Below the pieces are notes generated by a model, which searched no databases, was not told the DNA's origin, and saw only the letters and a program-made list of their open reading frames with translations. A stretch of DNA of 63,918 nt, counting the filler, from Hausera hauseri (Eukaryota), in NCBI GenBank assembly GCA_046269625.1. It is 12 parts of 12 records of this genome, joined end to end, with 100 filler letters (N's around TTAATTAATTAA, not from the genome) between each part and the next. Parts side by side here need not be neighbours in the genome. Positions count along the whole stretch, not along the records: positions 9,315 to 13,518 come from JBJURY010703216.1; positions 13,619 to 23,008 come from JBJURY010391034.1; positions 23,109 to 28,912 come from JBJURY010186194.1; 9 more parts are not named here. One strand, given 5' to 3'. Shown piece by piece: positions 10,252 to 23,492 of this stretch. Made by a program: the position numbers and the translations under genes. The first letter of the stretch is position 1; every line of letters begins with the position of its first letter.

Positions 10252-13200
10252 TGTGGTGCTGCGGTTGCGGATACAACTCGTGTGCTCTGCGAAGTGGCCT
10301 CCAACTCCAAATAACTTTCAACCGGTGTTCAAACCAATTTCCGCTCCAGCTACATTTGTGCCGAATGCAATTATTTTTGCACCAAATCAGATGGATGCTA
10401 CCAATCAAATTTATTCGTCGAATATCAATCCAAAGAAAGATGTTAAAATCTGCTCAAATCCGAATATAGACGTTCGATATCCACTTGTGCCCATATCCGA
10501 ACTTCCCTTACTTTCTCTGCTCTGCCATTCGCTCGGATATGTCTGTTTACTGTGTCGACTTTAATTCCAAATGAAAATATGGATCCAGATTTAGTTTCTT
10601 TAACGAAACAGTAAACAGAATTGTCCGAACGAATACTCTCCACTTTTGTCTACGGGGCGGATTGGACCCCGATCCATCTTGTGCTGAAAACTTAACCAAA
10701 ACAAGATCTGGTCGTCGTCCTGCTGACCATGAACCATCTTCCTAACCGTTCCTTCCATTGACAGCATAATGCAAAAATACTTTAGTGAACATGCTATCGG
10801 AACTCAAAAGCTGTCTGATTTCCTTAAAACCGCAATTGCCAACTGAGTTTCTTAGGCGTCACTCCCACAAACAATGCCGATCTTCTTCGTCGTTATTTTC
10901 TTTCCTCCTTACTCACTTCCATCAGAGCATTGCTTACTGTCGTAGACGATTCAACAGCACTTGAAAAACTCGCCTTACTGGCAGATAAAAGCTTCTACAT
11001 CCTACAGTCGAACAAGTCACAACTCGTAGCTGTTGCAACCCCGCTTACGCCATTACACGCATATACTATTTTATTCTCACAACAACTGAAAATGATTCAG
11101 AAATAATTCGATACACTTTAACAAGCAATTTATGCTATTACAGCCCATCTAAGTTATTTATCTGTGCCCTGACGAAGTGAAAACTATGTTTCGCGCGATC
11201 GTAGCCTTTCCAGGCATTCTTTTCGATCCAAATCTCGAGGAGGAAGAATAATTTGTTTTTATCACAACAAATTCCACACAAACGCAAGGAAGTGTCTTTC
11301 GGGCTGTTGATTTTACGACGAACGTTAATCAGTATACAGCCCAATCTGCATTTATGACACAAAGTATCAGTCCGAGGCTAGGTTGTGTGTGCCAGGATGC
11401 AAATATTATAAAAGGAATTCCAGTTTTTCTTCATCTTCTTCTTTTCCTCGCTCTTTTTATTCCTCTTCTTTTTCCCAACAAACCTCAAAAAACTAACAAC
11501 GCCGCCAAATGCCACGGCACATTTTGGTCTAGGCAGTACCGCTAAATCTTCTGCCCGTCCTAACATTGCCATAGAATCTTACTCTTGAAAACTCACACAA
11601 CCCGAAAGCCGTTACTCTACATTTGACTGTGAGTTGCTCGCCATAGTTCTGGCAGTAAAACATTACAAACACCTACTTCTCTCTCGTCCATTCGTTATTC
11701 AAACTGACCACAAGCTTCTCCTGCATATCATGTCGTTAAAACAGCCATCACCGAGGCAAGAACGACACATATCATACTTGTCTACATTCTGTTTTGTTTT
11801 ACAATACATTTCAGGCACAGATAATTTGGTAGCAGATTTTCCATCAAGGTCGGTTGGCTCCATTACAATTAAGCCTATTTTCTCATCCCAAGTATTAAAG
11901 GCAAATCAACCGTCTGCTGACTTCCTTAGCCTTTTCAAATCCTACGAAATCATTGATGGTATTGCTTTTGACGCGTCGAATTCCGGTAATAAAAAGATCA
12001 TTCTAACTCCACCTTTACAAAAGCCAGCCTTCCTTCATACACATTCACTCCATCATCCGTGTTCGAAAGCAACCTTTTGCCTGCTTTAACGTCTTGTTGT
12101 TTGGCCATCAATGTGCAAAGATGTACAGGGCTGGGTTAAGGATTGCGTAGCCTGTCAAAAATACAAAATCAACAAACACCTTAAACCGCCGCTTTATTAT
12201 TTCCCCTGTACATCACATTTTCATACGGTTCATCTTAATCTCGTTGGCCCCTTACCTTCTGACAACGGATATTAATATATCATTACTATGATGGATCGTG
12301 CTTCTCGCTGGCCTGAAGCTGTTCCTCTTCATTCAGCGAACACTGATTCAGTAGCCGACGTCTTCATTAAAATTTGGATCAGCCGTTTTGGTTCCTCTTG
12401 TTACATAATAAAGGATCAAAGTGCACAATTTGAATCGGAACTCTTCAAATCGATTGTAAAACACTTGGTATATCCCATTTTCATACAACACCATATCATC
12501 CTCAAGCAAATGGCCTCCTTGAAAGGTTCCATCGGACAGTGAAAATTTCTTTAAAAATCTTGGTTAACACTCATCGTAATTGGGCGTCCATTCCACTATT
12601 TGTTCTACAAGGGTGGCGCAACACACTTTCGACCACTACCGCTTGTGCTCCAGTCAAGGCACTCTTTGGGACTCCAATTCGAGCTTTATTTGAACTTTCT
12701 GATCTCGACGACAACCCCACAGACGAAAACATTCGTGCAGCACAATCTTATTTCGTCGATGTCAGCTGAGACTCATTCTGTTGTCTCTTCAACAATAACA
12801 AATCGTACATTCCGAAGGATTTGTACACCGCCAAGTTTGTGTGGTTGAAAGATCAATCGCCTTCTGGTTTTAGACCTCAATATGTTGGCCCATACAAACT
12901 GCTGAATCTCATCTCATACAGCTACCATCTTACGCCAAGATAAACCTTACAACGTCCACATTTCTAATCTGAAGCACGCTTTCTTCACTGATGACAATCT
13001 GGATGTCAATTGTATCTACAATTCAAACTCAACTCATACTCCTTCTGATTTTTTAAATGACTTTGCGCCGTTGCAGCAATCACTTTTTTGTCTCTCCCTT
13101 TCATCATCTCCACCACCTTCTTCATCTCCATTACCTACATCGACTGTTTCATCGCCTTCCATGGCCTCTTTTGCTTTACTTATTCTTCTCATCATCTTCA

Positions 13201-13518
13201 TCAGTCTCATCACAAGCAACACCACACATTGAACCAGATAATCTCACAAAACTTCCGTCACTAAATATCGCTCAACAGCCAAGCACAAATCAGTCAAGTA
13301 AGGCACGCAAAGTGATATTTAGCACCTACAGTAAAGAAAAGTTCCTTGATGGTACACAACGCCTGATTCATACAAAAACCAAACAGACACTAAACACTGT
13401 TCATATCTTGAAATTTGTTGGTTTTATCTTCATTGTTTTTATCTTTCCTTCTACCTTTACGTAGTTTCTTTTTTGCCACGGGGGTGGATGATGTGGTTGT
13501 GCGGTTGCGGATACAACT
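10252..13518 (+). mobile_element. Internally deleted gypsy element (LTR-gag-[no PR/RT]-RNase H end-integrase-PPT-LTR)
   Basis: Matching LTR starts TGTGGTGCTGCGGTTGCGGATACAACT (10252) and TGTGGTTGTGCGGTTGCGGATACAACT (13492, after GGGGGTGGATGA). gag remnant about 10745-11500 runs into the RNase H end (about 11570) and integrase (about 12040-12980). Confidence 0.9.
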
Positions 13519-13618
13519 NNNNNNNNNNNNNNNNNNNNNNNNNNNNNNNNNNNNNNNNNNNNTTAATTAATTAANNNNNNNNNNNNNNNNNNNNNNNNNN
13601 NNNNNNNNNNNNNNNNNN

Positions 13619-14620
13619 CAAATTCAGGAAAGGCGACGACGTGCAGAAGTTCATTAAAGGATGTGAAAAATTCTTTAAATATATGAACACTCCGGCAACG
13701 AAACGGGAAATCATGGTTGAATGCCTCTTTACGGAAGATGTACTAGAAAGATACGAGGCAGTAGATGCAAGGATAACGGGATACCAAAAGCGACTACGAA
13801 AGGCTTTCGCACGACTATTAAAGCTATGCGAAGATCTAAAAAAAGCGCTCGAGTACAGAATGAATGTAGCGGAACCGGAGACTTACTTCGAGACAATCGA
13901 AAAACTTCTGGACAAAGTCATGAAGCACAATTTTTCACGCGAGGCTCTGAAAGAGGAACTATTGTTCCAATGTTGTTACAATAGAGAGATGAGAAGATAA
14001 ATATGCCTCAGTGACAAACGAGACGCGGAAACAATAAAGGAGAAAATACGGAAGTAACACGAGGTAAAGATTAAGACAGAAGAAGTCAACACTGTCAAGG
14101 AGTATCGGCAAATCGGTAGAAGAAGCCACCAGGAAGTGTCGGCACAAAATATCAGGAAACCCGTTCCTAGAATCAACACTACCCCTACTAGACCACAAAA
14201 TAGTAAATTAAAGTGTTGGACATGTCAAAAGGAAGGACATACGAGCAGATCTTGCACCATATGGAGACCGATAAAATGCTTTGGATGCGGAAAAGAAAGG
14301 TGCATAAGCAGGCAGTGTCCCGAAAGGAAACAAATGAGATGTTACGGATGTTGTCAGCTAGTGCACATCATACGAAATTGTGTAAACCTTAGCTGTGCAA
14401 GATGTCACCATAGGGAACATACAGAAAAGGGATGATACACCAGTCTGGAAAGGACAAGAAAACCAGAATGGGATACTTACAGAGTTAAAAGAAGGTACGG
14501 AGATAATGTGAAAAGAAGACGGGGGAAGCCGCAAACTTAGAGAAAGAAGGAACAGAATTTGATCAGGAGTCAGTTGCCCCAAAAGGCAGAGCCTCGATAG
14601 AACTGGAGCAAATCGGGGCA
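13619..14620 (+). mobile_element. gag: gag of another LTR retrotransposon family with 3-4 CCHC zinc knuckles (decayed)
   Basis: CWTCQKEGHTSRSC, CFGCGKERCISRQC, CYGCCQLVHIIRNC and CARCHHREH after a helical capsid-like region. Confidence 0.85.
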
Positions 14621-14762
14621 CTACAGTACATTCAGTCTCCCAAAATATTGTTATGTATAATATTAGTAGTATATCAGACAATATAGACGGATCAAGGGGA
14701 AGGGGATACCAAGATCGTACTGCACACAGTCGCTGTGAAACGGACAGAAGTCCAACATTTTA

Positions 14763-15675
14763 ATGGTCACGCACCCACTAGGATCAATCGTTTTGCATCA
14801 GTCGGTGGAACCAGGAGAGACCAATTTTCTAATAATCGAAACACATCAAACAGACTTTTACATGCCATTTCTACCTCTCTGGGAAATTCAGAAATTGCTT
14901 TATTTTTCTAATGACGATGCACGGGACATGCATAATTTTACTTCTGTCAATTCGACCAATACCGAGAAATCTAAATCATCCCATGACTTAGAGAAAACAA
15001 GCAACTCAAACTATTTGCATTATCGCGAATCACACAAACGTCCTCGGGAATCCGATTGTGATGATAGTAATTTGTCATTCGATGGGCCACATAATAAAAT
15101 GAAGGAAATCGACGATTGTTCGAACAGCTTCTCAGTGCATTTGCTTACGACAACAAATGGCGATGGATATATAAAGCCTAAATCTAAAGTATATCTTTCA
15201 TCAAATTGTTCGAAATTATTCTAAATTATTCTAAAAGTTCGCTGGATCCGGACAATACGTTGAATTATCATAATAACAACAAGATATCTTATGAACATCT
15301 GAGTAACATTCAGTCTGTCAGAGCAGTTGAGTCGAATTTGAACGCAAAAATACCATCCGTTGGGTGAAAAATCCTACTAGTAACAATTTCTGCTCACCTG
15401 CCTCGCTCGGTAAACGTAATCTGAATTCGATCAGTGTTTTATGTATTGGTGGTGGAATGCCGACTAATGCGAAAAAGATTAAAGCGAATCAAAAATAACC
15501 CGAGTTTGCCCATTTGCCATTTACATCTTGGCTTCAGTTGCAACACAACAAATCGGTGTATAACGGAAATATGGTCAATCATCAGGATTCAAAAATCTGG
15601 TTACCAGAAGACCTTCGGTGCGTCCCTCCTGGCAGTACCAACTGTGGGAAAATAGCTCCAACGAGAGGAAGATAA
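14763..15675 (+). pseudogene. ORF-X family, most complete copy (unknown protein, decayed)
   Basis: Contains both the SHKRPRESDCDD block and the WLPEDLRCVPPGST C-terminal block shared with other contigs. Confidence 0.65.
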
Positions 15676-16471
15676 ATCCAAATGGCATGAAATTTATTTT
15701 ACTATCACAATTCAAAATTCAACAAATCAATTTCTTTTATTTATTTTCTATTTACAGAACAATAATTATATTACAAATGATATTACAAATGCAACTGTCC
15801 ATGTTCTGGCACTGCCTGTTAAAGGAGAACATTGCAAAAATGTGAAATAACGTAAATTTTAATTTGAGATGGATTGCACTGCTTGTTAGAAAGGAACATT
15901 TGTAGACGTGAGAAATGACATGTAACCGTCAAATGACTGATTGATTTAGAGCAACTGATTTTTTCTCTTGAACATGTTCATTGGCAGAATACATTGCAAT
16001 GAGTATTGGAAATCTCACTCGATCGTGCTGTATCACTGAAACTCCAAATAGTTATTTGATTCAACCCGTAATCACATAAACAAAAACTCTGGAGAAACAA
16101 AAACTGGAAAAGACCATAATACAAGTATACATAATTACTAGAGTTACATCTATACGAAAAATTTTTAAAAGTGTAGTGACATGGTGGGGAAAGATCCTCT
16201 CACAGATCCGCTGACCCCTCCAGTACGACCACGCTTTAAGTACTACATCACCCACCGTTGCAAGATAAAGACTATGAAGAGAAGAAATAAATGAAAATGA
16301 TGGTAGGAAAAGGAGAGCTTGTACCTATTCGGTTTTGGTACGTGTTAGACGTTGGACTTCATCTATAAAGTTCTCACTGCTTTAAGTACTAAACGTCACA
16401 TGACGTGATCTGTTAGATGTTGCTGGTACTTGTGGAGTCGTTTGAGAGAGATGTGGTAAATTTTGTGGTGT

Positions 16472-17659
16472 TTAGGGAGGATGCTTCATAAAGAGGTGAA
16501 AGTGGAAAAGAAGCTGAAAAGGTAGGCGAAAGGAGAAACTGAAGCAGGAAGCGAATTGTACGATAAAGGTGACATGATTGCAGGCTGAGTGTGTGTGCAC
16601 AGGTGATGATTGTGAAGTAAGTAGTGAAAGAGCAGTAGACAAAAGTGAGAATAACTGATTGTGACGCGAGAACGATTGCTGCGACGGATCAAAATCATCG
16701 AGGAAATTAGGTGATGGCTCGAGGGAAGCGAAGTTAGAGTCAGAATTTGAAACAAGGGAGTTATTCTGGTCATCGTCAACGAAGAATGCTGGCTTAAGAT
16801 TAGAAATGTGTACATTTTGAGGTCTATACTCGCGTAAGATAGTGGTCGTATGCGAAGAAATATTGAATAGTTTATGAGGGCCAACGTATTGAGGCCGAAA
16901 ACCCGAAGGCGATAGATCCTTCAGCCATACAAACTTGGCTGAGTATAAGTCTTCAGGGATATAAGATTTGTCTTTATTTATAAGACGGCAAAAGGCATTT
17001 GAGTTGACATCAGCAAAGTTGGACTGTGCCTCACGAATAACTTCATCTGCCGGACTTTCATCAAGATTGGAGAGCTCAAATAGTGCACAAATTGGTGTCC
17101 CAAAGAGAGCCTCAGCTGGAGCACAGCCTGTGGTGGTGGATGGCGTGTTGCGCCAACCGAGTAGGACAAGAGGAAGAATTGAGGTCCAATTACGATTGTT
17201 TTTTGACAGAATTTTTAAAGAAATCTTCATGGTGCGGTGAAATCTCTCAATAAGGCCATTTGCTTGGGGATGGTACGGCGTCGTATGGAAATGGGCTATC
17301 CCTAAATGCTTAACTAGAGAATTAAAAAGATCAGCTTCAAATTGCGGACCCTGGTCCGTTATGACGTAACGTGGTGAACCAAAACGGCTGACCCATATCT
17401 TGATAAATGCATCTGCTAATGAATCAGTGTTGGTTGATCGAAGCGGAACGGCTTCAGGCCAGCATGAAGCACGATCCATCATGGATAGGATGTATTGATA
17501 GCCGTTGTCGGATGGCAAAGGACTGACAAGATCCAAATGCACAGTGTCAAAACGGAACGTACAAGTGAAGTGGTAAAGTGGTGGCTTGAGGTGTTTATGG
17601 ACCTTGTATTGCTGGGATGCTGCACATCGCTTGACCCAGATCTGTACATCTGTACGCAC
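16472..17659 (-). CDS. Gypsy integrase, open DDE core plus low-complexity tail
   Basis: VHLDLV, ITDQGPQF, YHPQANGLIERFHRT, YVGPHK, VHISNLKPA. Confidence 0.9.
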   Translation of the reverse strand: MRTDVQIWVKRCAASQQYKVHKHLKPPLYHFTCTFRFDTVHLDLVSPLPSDNGYQYILSMMDRASCWPEAVPLRSTNTDSLADAFIKIWVSRFGSPRYVITDQGPQFEADLFNSLVKHLGIAHFHTTPYHPQANGLIERFHRTMKISLKILSKNNRNWTSILPLVLLGWRNTPSTTTGCAPAEALFGTPICALFELSNLDESPADEVIREAQSNFADVNSNAFCRLINKDKSYIPEDLYSAKFVWLKDLSPSGFRPQYVGPHKLFNISSHTTTILREYRPQNVHISNLKPAFFVDDDQNNSLVSNSDSNFASLEPSPNFLDDFDPSQQSFSRHNQLFSLLSTALSLLTSQSSPVHTHSACNHVTFIVQFASCFSFSFRLPFQLLFHFHLFMKHPP

Positions 17660-18694
17660 AGTTAGCGATACAACGTGGTGTTGCAGTAGACGAAATGTGG
17701 CTTTTGAACCCGGATGATGAAGAGAGCGAAAATGAGTGAAAGCCGTCTTTAGTAACGATGCAGCAAGAATGATTTTTTGTTAATCAAGTTGGAAGTGTCA
17801 TAGGCGATGCCATCGATGATTTCAAAAGATTTAAAAGCTTAAAGAATATCAGATGATGGCTGGTTGCTTTTCAGGACCTCAGAGGAAAAAATTGGCTGAA
17901 CTGTAATTGAGTTAACCGACCCCGAAAGAAAGTATCCTACTAAATTTTTGGTGCCTGAAATGCATTTCATGGAAAAATTAAATGTCGACAGGTATGATAT
18001 CTGTCGTTCTTGTCTGGGTGATGTCTGTTTTAACGTCATTATATGAAGTAGGGGCTTATGGTCGGTTTGGAGGGTAAATTGACGTGACAGAAGCAAATGC
18101 TTGAAATGCTTTACCGCTAGAACTACGTCCAGGAGTTCACGATCGAATGTTCAGTATCGACTTTTAGGTTGCGTGAGCTTTCGGGAATAGAATTCTAATG
18201 GTTCATTGACGCCATTGTATATTTAGTGTAATATCGCACTAGTTGTTGTGGTTGAGGCATCGGTAGTTAATATTAGTTCAGCGTTTGGCTTTGGAAAGGC
18301 CAAGATTTCCACAGTTTTCAGACCTTCACGAAGGCGATAAAATTGGTTTACTAGATTGGGATCCAATGGATTAATTATCTTTTCTTCCCAGATAAGAGGT
18401 GTGCAAAAGGTGCCTTAGTTCGGAGTAATGTGGCACGTATTTGTGTACGAAATGCAATGGCCCTAGAAAACTCCTCATATCGCTAGTAGTAGTTGGCAAC
18501 GTCACATTTTTTAATTGTTGTAAGCGATCGGGCTGGGGCGAATGCCCTTCGGGAGTAATTATGTGGCCTAAGAAGTTGACACGTTTTTGGAAGAAATTTC
18601 ACTTGGCGAAATTGATTTACAGGTTGCTTTGGTGCAATCTGTGGAAAATAATTCTAAGGTGCTCATGAAGTTGTTTGATGGAGGTGGAAGCGAC

Positions 18695-19463
18695 TGTTAT
18701 ATATTGGGGTGGCCCTTAACTGTCTCCCTCTATATAACAGTAATTTACTCTCAATTTATTTGCCTTACGCAGATTCGGTTTAACGTTCTCGTTAAACGAA
18801 TGTGCCGATTGTGTATTGATTTTAAGAATGCGTGTACTGCTTGCCGTATCCTGTGCACGGTTAATTAATATTTTCGTACCTATGTAAGTTTGAGTGAGAT
18901 TTTAACCTTTATGTTGTCAAACCAGCCTTAAGGGCCGGTGAAAAACTATATGGGAAATTAGAAAAGGTAGTTTAACAAACTAATATAATGATTACCACAG
19001 TTGATTACAATCGCTAGAATCACTGAATAACAATATTACAGTTTTCGAGTTATTTTCCACTCAATAACAAATTCAATCCACTGACGTTCACTCTGGCTTG
19101 GAATTTTCAATTCTAAGTTGAAAAGCTGATTCGAGTTGATCGACGCTAAAGCCGAATTTATGCTCTCTCTCTCTGATTTTGCTGCGCCTTTTATATAATT
19201 TGCTTGTGTAAGCGTCTTGTCATTCCCACATTTTCATATCAAATCTTAATCATTTTCACAGCATATACTTGCTTTATTCAAAATAAAAAGAAAATATTTA
19301 CAAGGCAAATCGAACTACGTAATTCATTTCGACAGCTGTTAATTTCATTAATCTGTACAATTCCTATTTTACAGCTGTTTATTTAATTAACATTCCAACT
19401 CTCTCTAATTCGGTATTATTTACAACGTGGCGGCTGTCTATCAATTCGATATTATTCACAACA
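18695..19463. mobile_element. Solo LTR inserted in the RT just after YIDD
   Basis: TGTT...AACA termini with 4-bp target duplication CGAC (18691-18694 and 19464-19467). Removing it rejoins AYPYIDDILV with ASTS...HEHL. Confidence 0.85.
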
Positions 19464-22400
19464 CGACTAATATATCATCTATGTATGGGTAAGCAAAATC
19501 AAGACCTGAGAGAACGGTGTTAGTGTGGTGCTGAAAGGTCTGAGGTGCACTACGTAGGCTGAAGGGCATGAAAATGTATTCATAAAGACAAAATGGCGTG
19601 ATGACAGCAGTTTTTTGAAGGTCATCAGGTGCAATAGGAATCTGATGGTATGCTTTGTGCAGATCAATGGTAGAATAGGTACTGGTGCTGTTGAGGCTGT
19701 GAATAATATCTTTAATGAGTGGTGGTGGATAGATTTCTGTAATAGTTAGATTGTTTAATTATCCACAGTCGACACATGGCCTATAGGTGCCATCTTTCTT
19801 TACCACTACATGAAGAGGAGAAGCCCACGGTTAATTCGAACTCCGAATGATGCCAGACTTTTCTAGCTCATTAAATTCTTGTTCCACAGCTTCACTTCTG
19901 CGTGGCGACAAAGGTCTAACTTTTTGTTTGATCGGTCTCTGGTGCTCTGTTGCTATGTGATGAAAAGTTGTTGATGGAGGCTTGAAGTTGACGTCCCTTT
20001 TAAATATGCGAAAGCAAGACGTTGTGACGTATGATTTCAGATCAGCGTCTAGAGATAAGAATAAATGAGGTATATCATTAGAGTGAACAGCTCCAGTGAT
20101 TGACGAAAAGCAACTGGCATCGCTATTGTCGACGCTTAATTTGAATTTTTGTTTTGAAATAGATTTATGATTGTCGTTCATAATTGGAATATTACCGACT
20201 TTATCGGAAGTTTTTTTTATAGATGACAAAGCGTTCAACATGTTCACAGATGAGTGCAATAAATTGCTCGCTAAGTTGTCTACGAGACACATGTTTGGGG
20301 TTGCAATTGAGTTCCTGCTTAAAAGACAGCTGTATTTCCAATCGACCAATAGATCATGTGTGGCAAGAAAATCTGAGCCTATTATGGGAGATTGAATGTT
20401 GGCCACGTGCAACTTCCAGACAAACTTATCTGGCAAGTTGGCGAATGTGAAAGTCAATTCCATGGCTCCTGCAAAGTGCAACGGTTGACCACTAGCAGTG
20501 AAAAGCGGTGGACAGGAAATCATAGTCGATATAGGAACGAAGGACAAGGGAAGAAGCGAAAAGGCAGCTCTTGAGTCTATAAGGAAATCCATATGTGAAG
20601 TATCTCTGCATAACAGTACAACTTTCAACAAAAAGACTGCAGAGGCCGTGTTTAAACGGCCAGAAGATTGAGCGATATTGCCTGCGCCAGAATGTGCCGT
20701 AAAATCTGGTGGAATTATTAGATTTTTGAAGGTTTTGGAGAAAAGGAAAAAGAGGAAGAAAAGCGAGGAGATTTATCGTTGTAATGTCTACAACAAAACA
20801 CGCATGACCTAGTCTGTGACTGGAACTTATTCTCGTAGACACAAATAAGGTTATCCACAGCGTACCGTTCGCTGTAGAACCGACAACCCAAAAAATATTT
20901 CCTAGCATCCCTTCGAAATCGCGTGTGATAGAAGCAAGTCATACGCCCACCAGGTGAAATGGATAGAGCAGTGTCTGGAAATGCTTCTCTCCCTTGAAGG
21001 TCTGGTTTCACTTCGTCGAGGCCCATTAAGATTATTTAGTTGGGTAGTAATGGCCGAAATCGACTGCTGTAACTTGTCAACCTGTTGCTGCATCATTTGC
21101 AATTGTTGAGTAAAAGTGTTGTGTCTGTAGTTGGAGAACATGTGGTTGCAGCCGCAATAGGGAGACAACTGTTGGTATGAAGAATCTGAAAGGATTTGTC
21201 AGCCATTATTGCCAATTTTTCGATAACAGTGGACTCGTCGACAACGGTGATTAAGGCTCTGATTGAGGTGGGCAAAGAGGACAAGAAATAACGGCCAATT
21301 AAATCCGCGTTATTCGTAGGTGTCACGCCTAGGGCGCTAAGCTGCAGAATGGCGGTTTGGAGAAAATCGGGTGGCTTTTGGTTTCTTACCACGTGGTCGT
21401 TAAAATACTTTTGTGTCATATTGTCAATCGAAGGATCCGTCACATGCAGTACAGCTTCACAGAGTGTCTCGTAAGGTGTCGAAAATTGTAGCAGCTCGGA
21501 AATGTTACTAATCTGGTGCTGACGTTGGCAGGCAGAAGGATTAAAAGATTATTGGGTCGCACAAAAGAATCAGTGATGCTGTTCGATTTAGCCACTGTTG
21601 GTGGAATTGGATCCATGGTTTGCTGGAATGTTATAGCGTGATCCATTTGCCACAGGATTGCAAGAAAAGGCTGTATATAACATTTTTATTAATGAATTTA
21701 TACAATGCTCTGCACGATCCAAATGCAAACAATTAATAATACATCACGGATTCGGCTTCACCAGTTTTACTTGTCAAAAACAATTGGGGCAAACTTAAAA
21801 CAGATTTCAAATAAAAGGAAAAACGTACCAAATAATTCAATAAACAAGAAAATATTCGTGCTTCATCAAAATTTTTTAACACAAGAAAGTTTAAAATTGT
21901 TCACACACTGTTTAATAGTGACCTGCAAAATTTTGGAACAAATATTGTAGGCACACCTTTGTCTAAGATGACAACTTTTGTGTCGTGTAGTTGCATTGTG
22001 GGGAAAATCCTCTCACCAATCCGCTAACCCCTCCAATGCGACCACACTTTAGGCATTACAGGTATCCCTTTGGAAGCGGAAAAAAATTCATCGAAAATGA
22101 AAATGACCAGGTTCAGTCGATCGGTCGTCAGTTACTGATTATGGACATGCGTGTCGGAAAGTTTTAAGCATGTACATCAACGCATAGCAAAGGAAAATCA
22201 ATTTTCTATGTACATGTAAACTTTGAACACATGAACGTTTATGCGGTTTTAGACAAATACTTTCTAAAAATACGATTATTTTTCGGTTTTATGAATGTCT
22301 TTTAAAGTACATCTCTGTATACCACACATACGCGCACAAAAGATTAAATGAAAGGTAATGTAAGGCCATAATATAATTAAACAATTTGTGCGTTAAAAAC

Positions 22401-22799
22401 ATGTAAAATAAGGAAATAAAATCAATTATTATTATACTATAACTAAAACGTTTACAATGACTAAAATAAGATTAATTTCTGCATTTGATAAATTAAAAAA
22501 TTTTAGTGTGAAACGTAGAGCAAATATTGTAATAACACGCAACATGAAGATCCGAAGATGGGTCATCAGAAAATGCGAAAACATTATGTATCAGAAAAAG
22601 GATATACATGTCCAATATGTCAATCTATAAACGACATATCATACATGGAATTTTATGCCGAACATAATGAATCTATCAGTCGATTTCAAGATATAAGCAA
22701 AACAAAAATATTAGTGCAAATGACATCGTTATCAAATAAAGCAGATCAAATATCATTCACACCAAGTGCATTACGGAAGATATATACACGGAATTCAAC

Positions 22800-22975
22800 A
22801 TCATGGACATGAACATGATCATGATCATAATCACCATAATCATCATGATCATTATGATTATATAATCATGATCATCATGATCATCATAATCATGATAATG
22901 ATAATCATCTTCATCACCACCACCACCATCACCATCATCATCATCATCATCAACATCATCATGATCATCATCATG

Positions 22976-23008
<33 letters not shown>
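22800..23008 (+). repeat. (CAT)n / (CATGAT)n microsatellite running into the contig end
   Basis: Directly visible. Confidence 0.95.
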
Positions 23009-23108
23009 NNNNNNNNNNNNNNNNNNNNNNNNNNNNNNNNNNNNNNNNNNNNTTAATTAATTAANNNNNNNNNNNNNNNNNNNNNNNNNNNNNNNNNNNN
23101 NNNNNNNN

Positions 23109-23234
23109 ACCGTTGCCAGGCACTTTATGGATCGATAGTGCTCCGGGTGCACTATCGATCGGCACATGTGCAATATCGATTTATCGATTAACCCCCCGGG
23201 GGGTCTGTGCCCGAATGCCCATTTTTCTCCTACT
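23109..23234. repeat. Palindrome-rich repeat end terminating ...CCCATTTTTCTCCTACT
   Basis: ATCGATAGTGC..GCACTATCGAT and CCCCCCGGGGG palindromes; homologous to 29560-29678. Confidence 0.75.
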
Positions 23235-23492
23235 TTTTAAACACAATTCTTCATATAATATCAACAATGTTCATATGATATCAACCATTCATACATTTTA
23301 TATTTACATATGCACGCACACACACTTATACATTATATACATTCTTTTCTTATCTATATCTCTCATGTCCTCCGAATTACCCAACTAGTCAGTCAGGTAC
23401 TAACACTCGCATTACTTGATCAAGAAGAAAACACGATATTTTTATAAGATTTATTAATACAAAAATACAACACGTCATAATAAAGATATTTA

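Larger units (their letters stand above)
16183..22060 (-). mobile_element. Near full-length decayed gypsy element with both LTR starts
   Basis: 5' LTR starts TGTAATGCCTAAAGTGTGGTCGCATTGGAGGGG at 22060. 3' LTR starts TGTAGTACTTAAAGCGTGGTCGTACTGGAGGGG at 16247 after GGTGGGTGA. Internal: gag about 21640-20720, protease (FLIDSRAAFS, IIGSDFL) from 20631, RT YIDD near 19470-19485, RNase H about 18270-17990, integrase. Confidence 0.95.

Noticed and set aside
22766-23056. Poly-Ile membrane protein ORF
   Set aside because: Translation of a (CAT)n microsatellite running into Ns.
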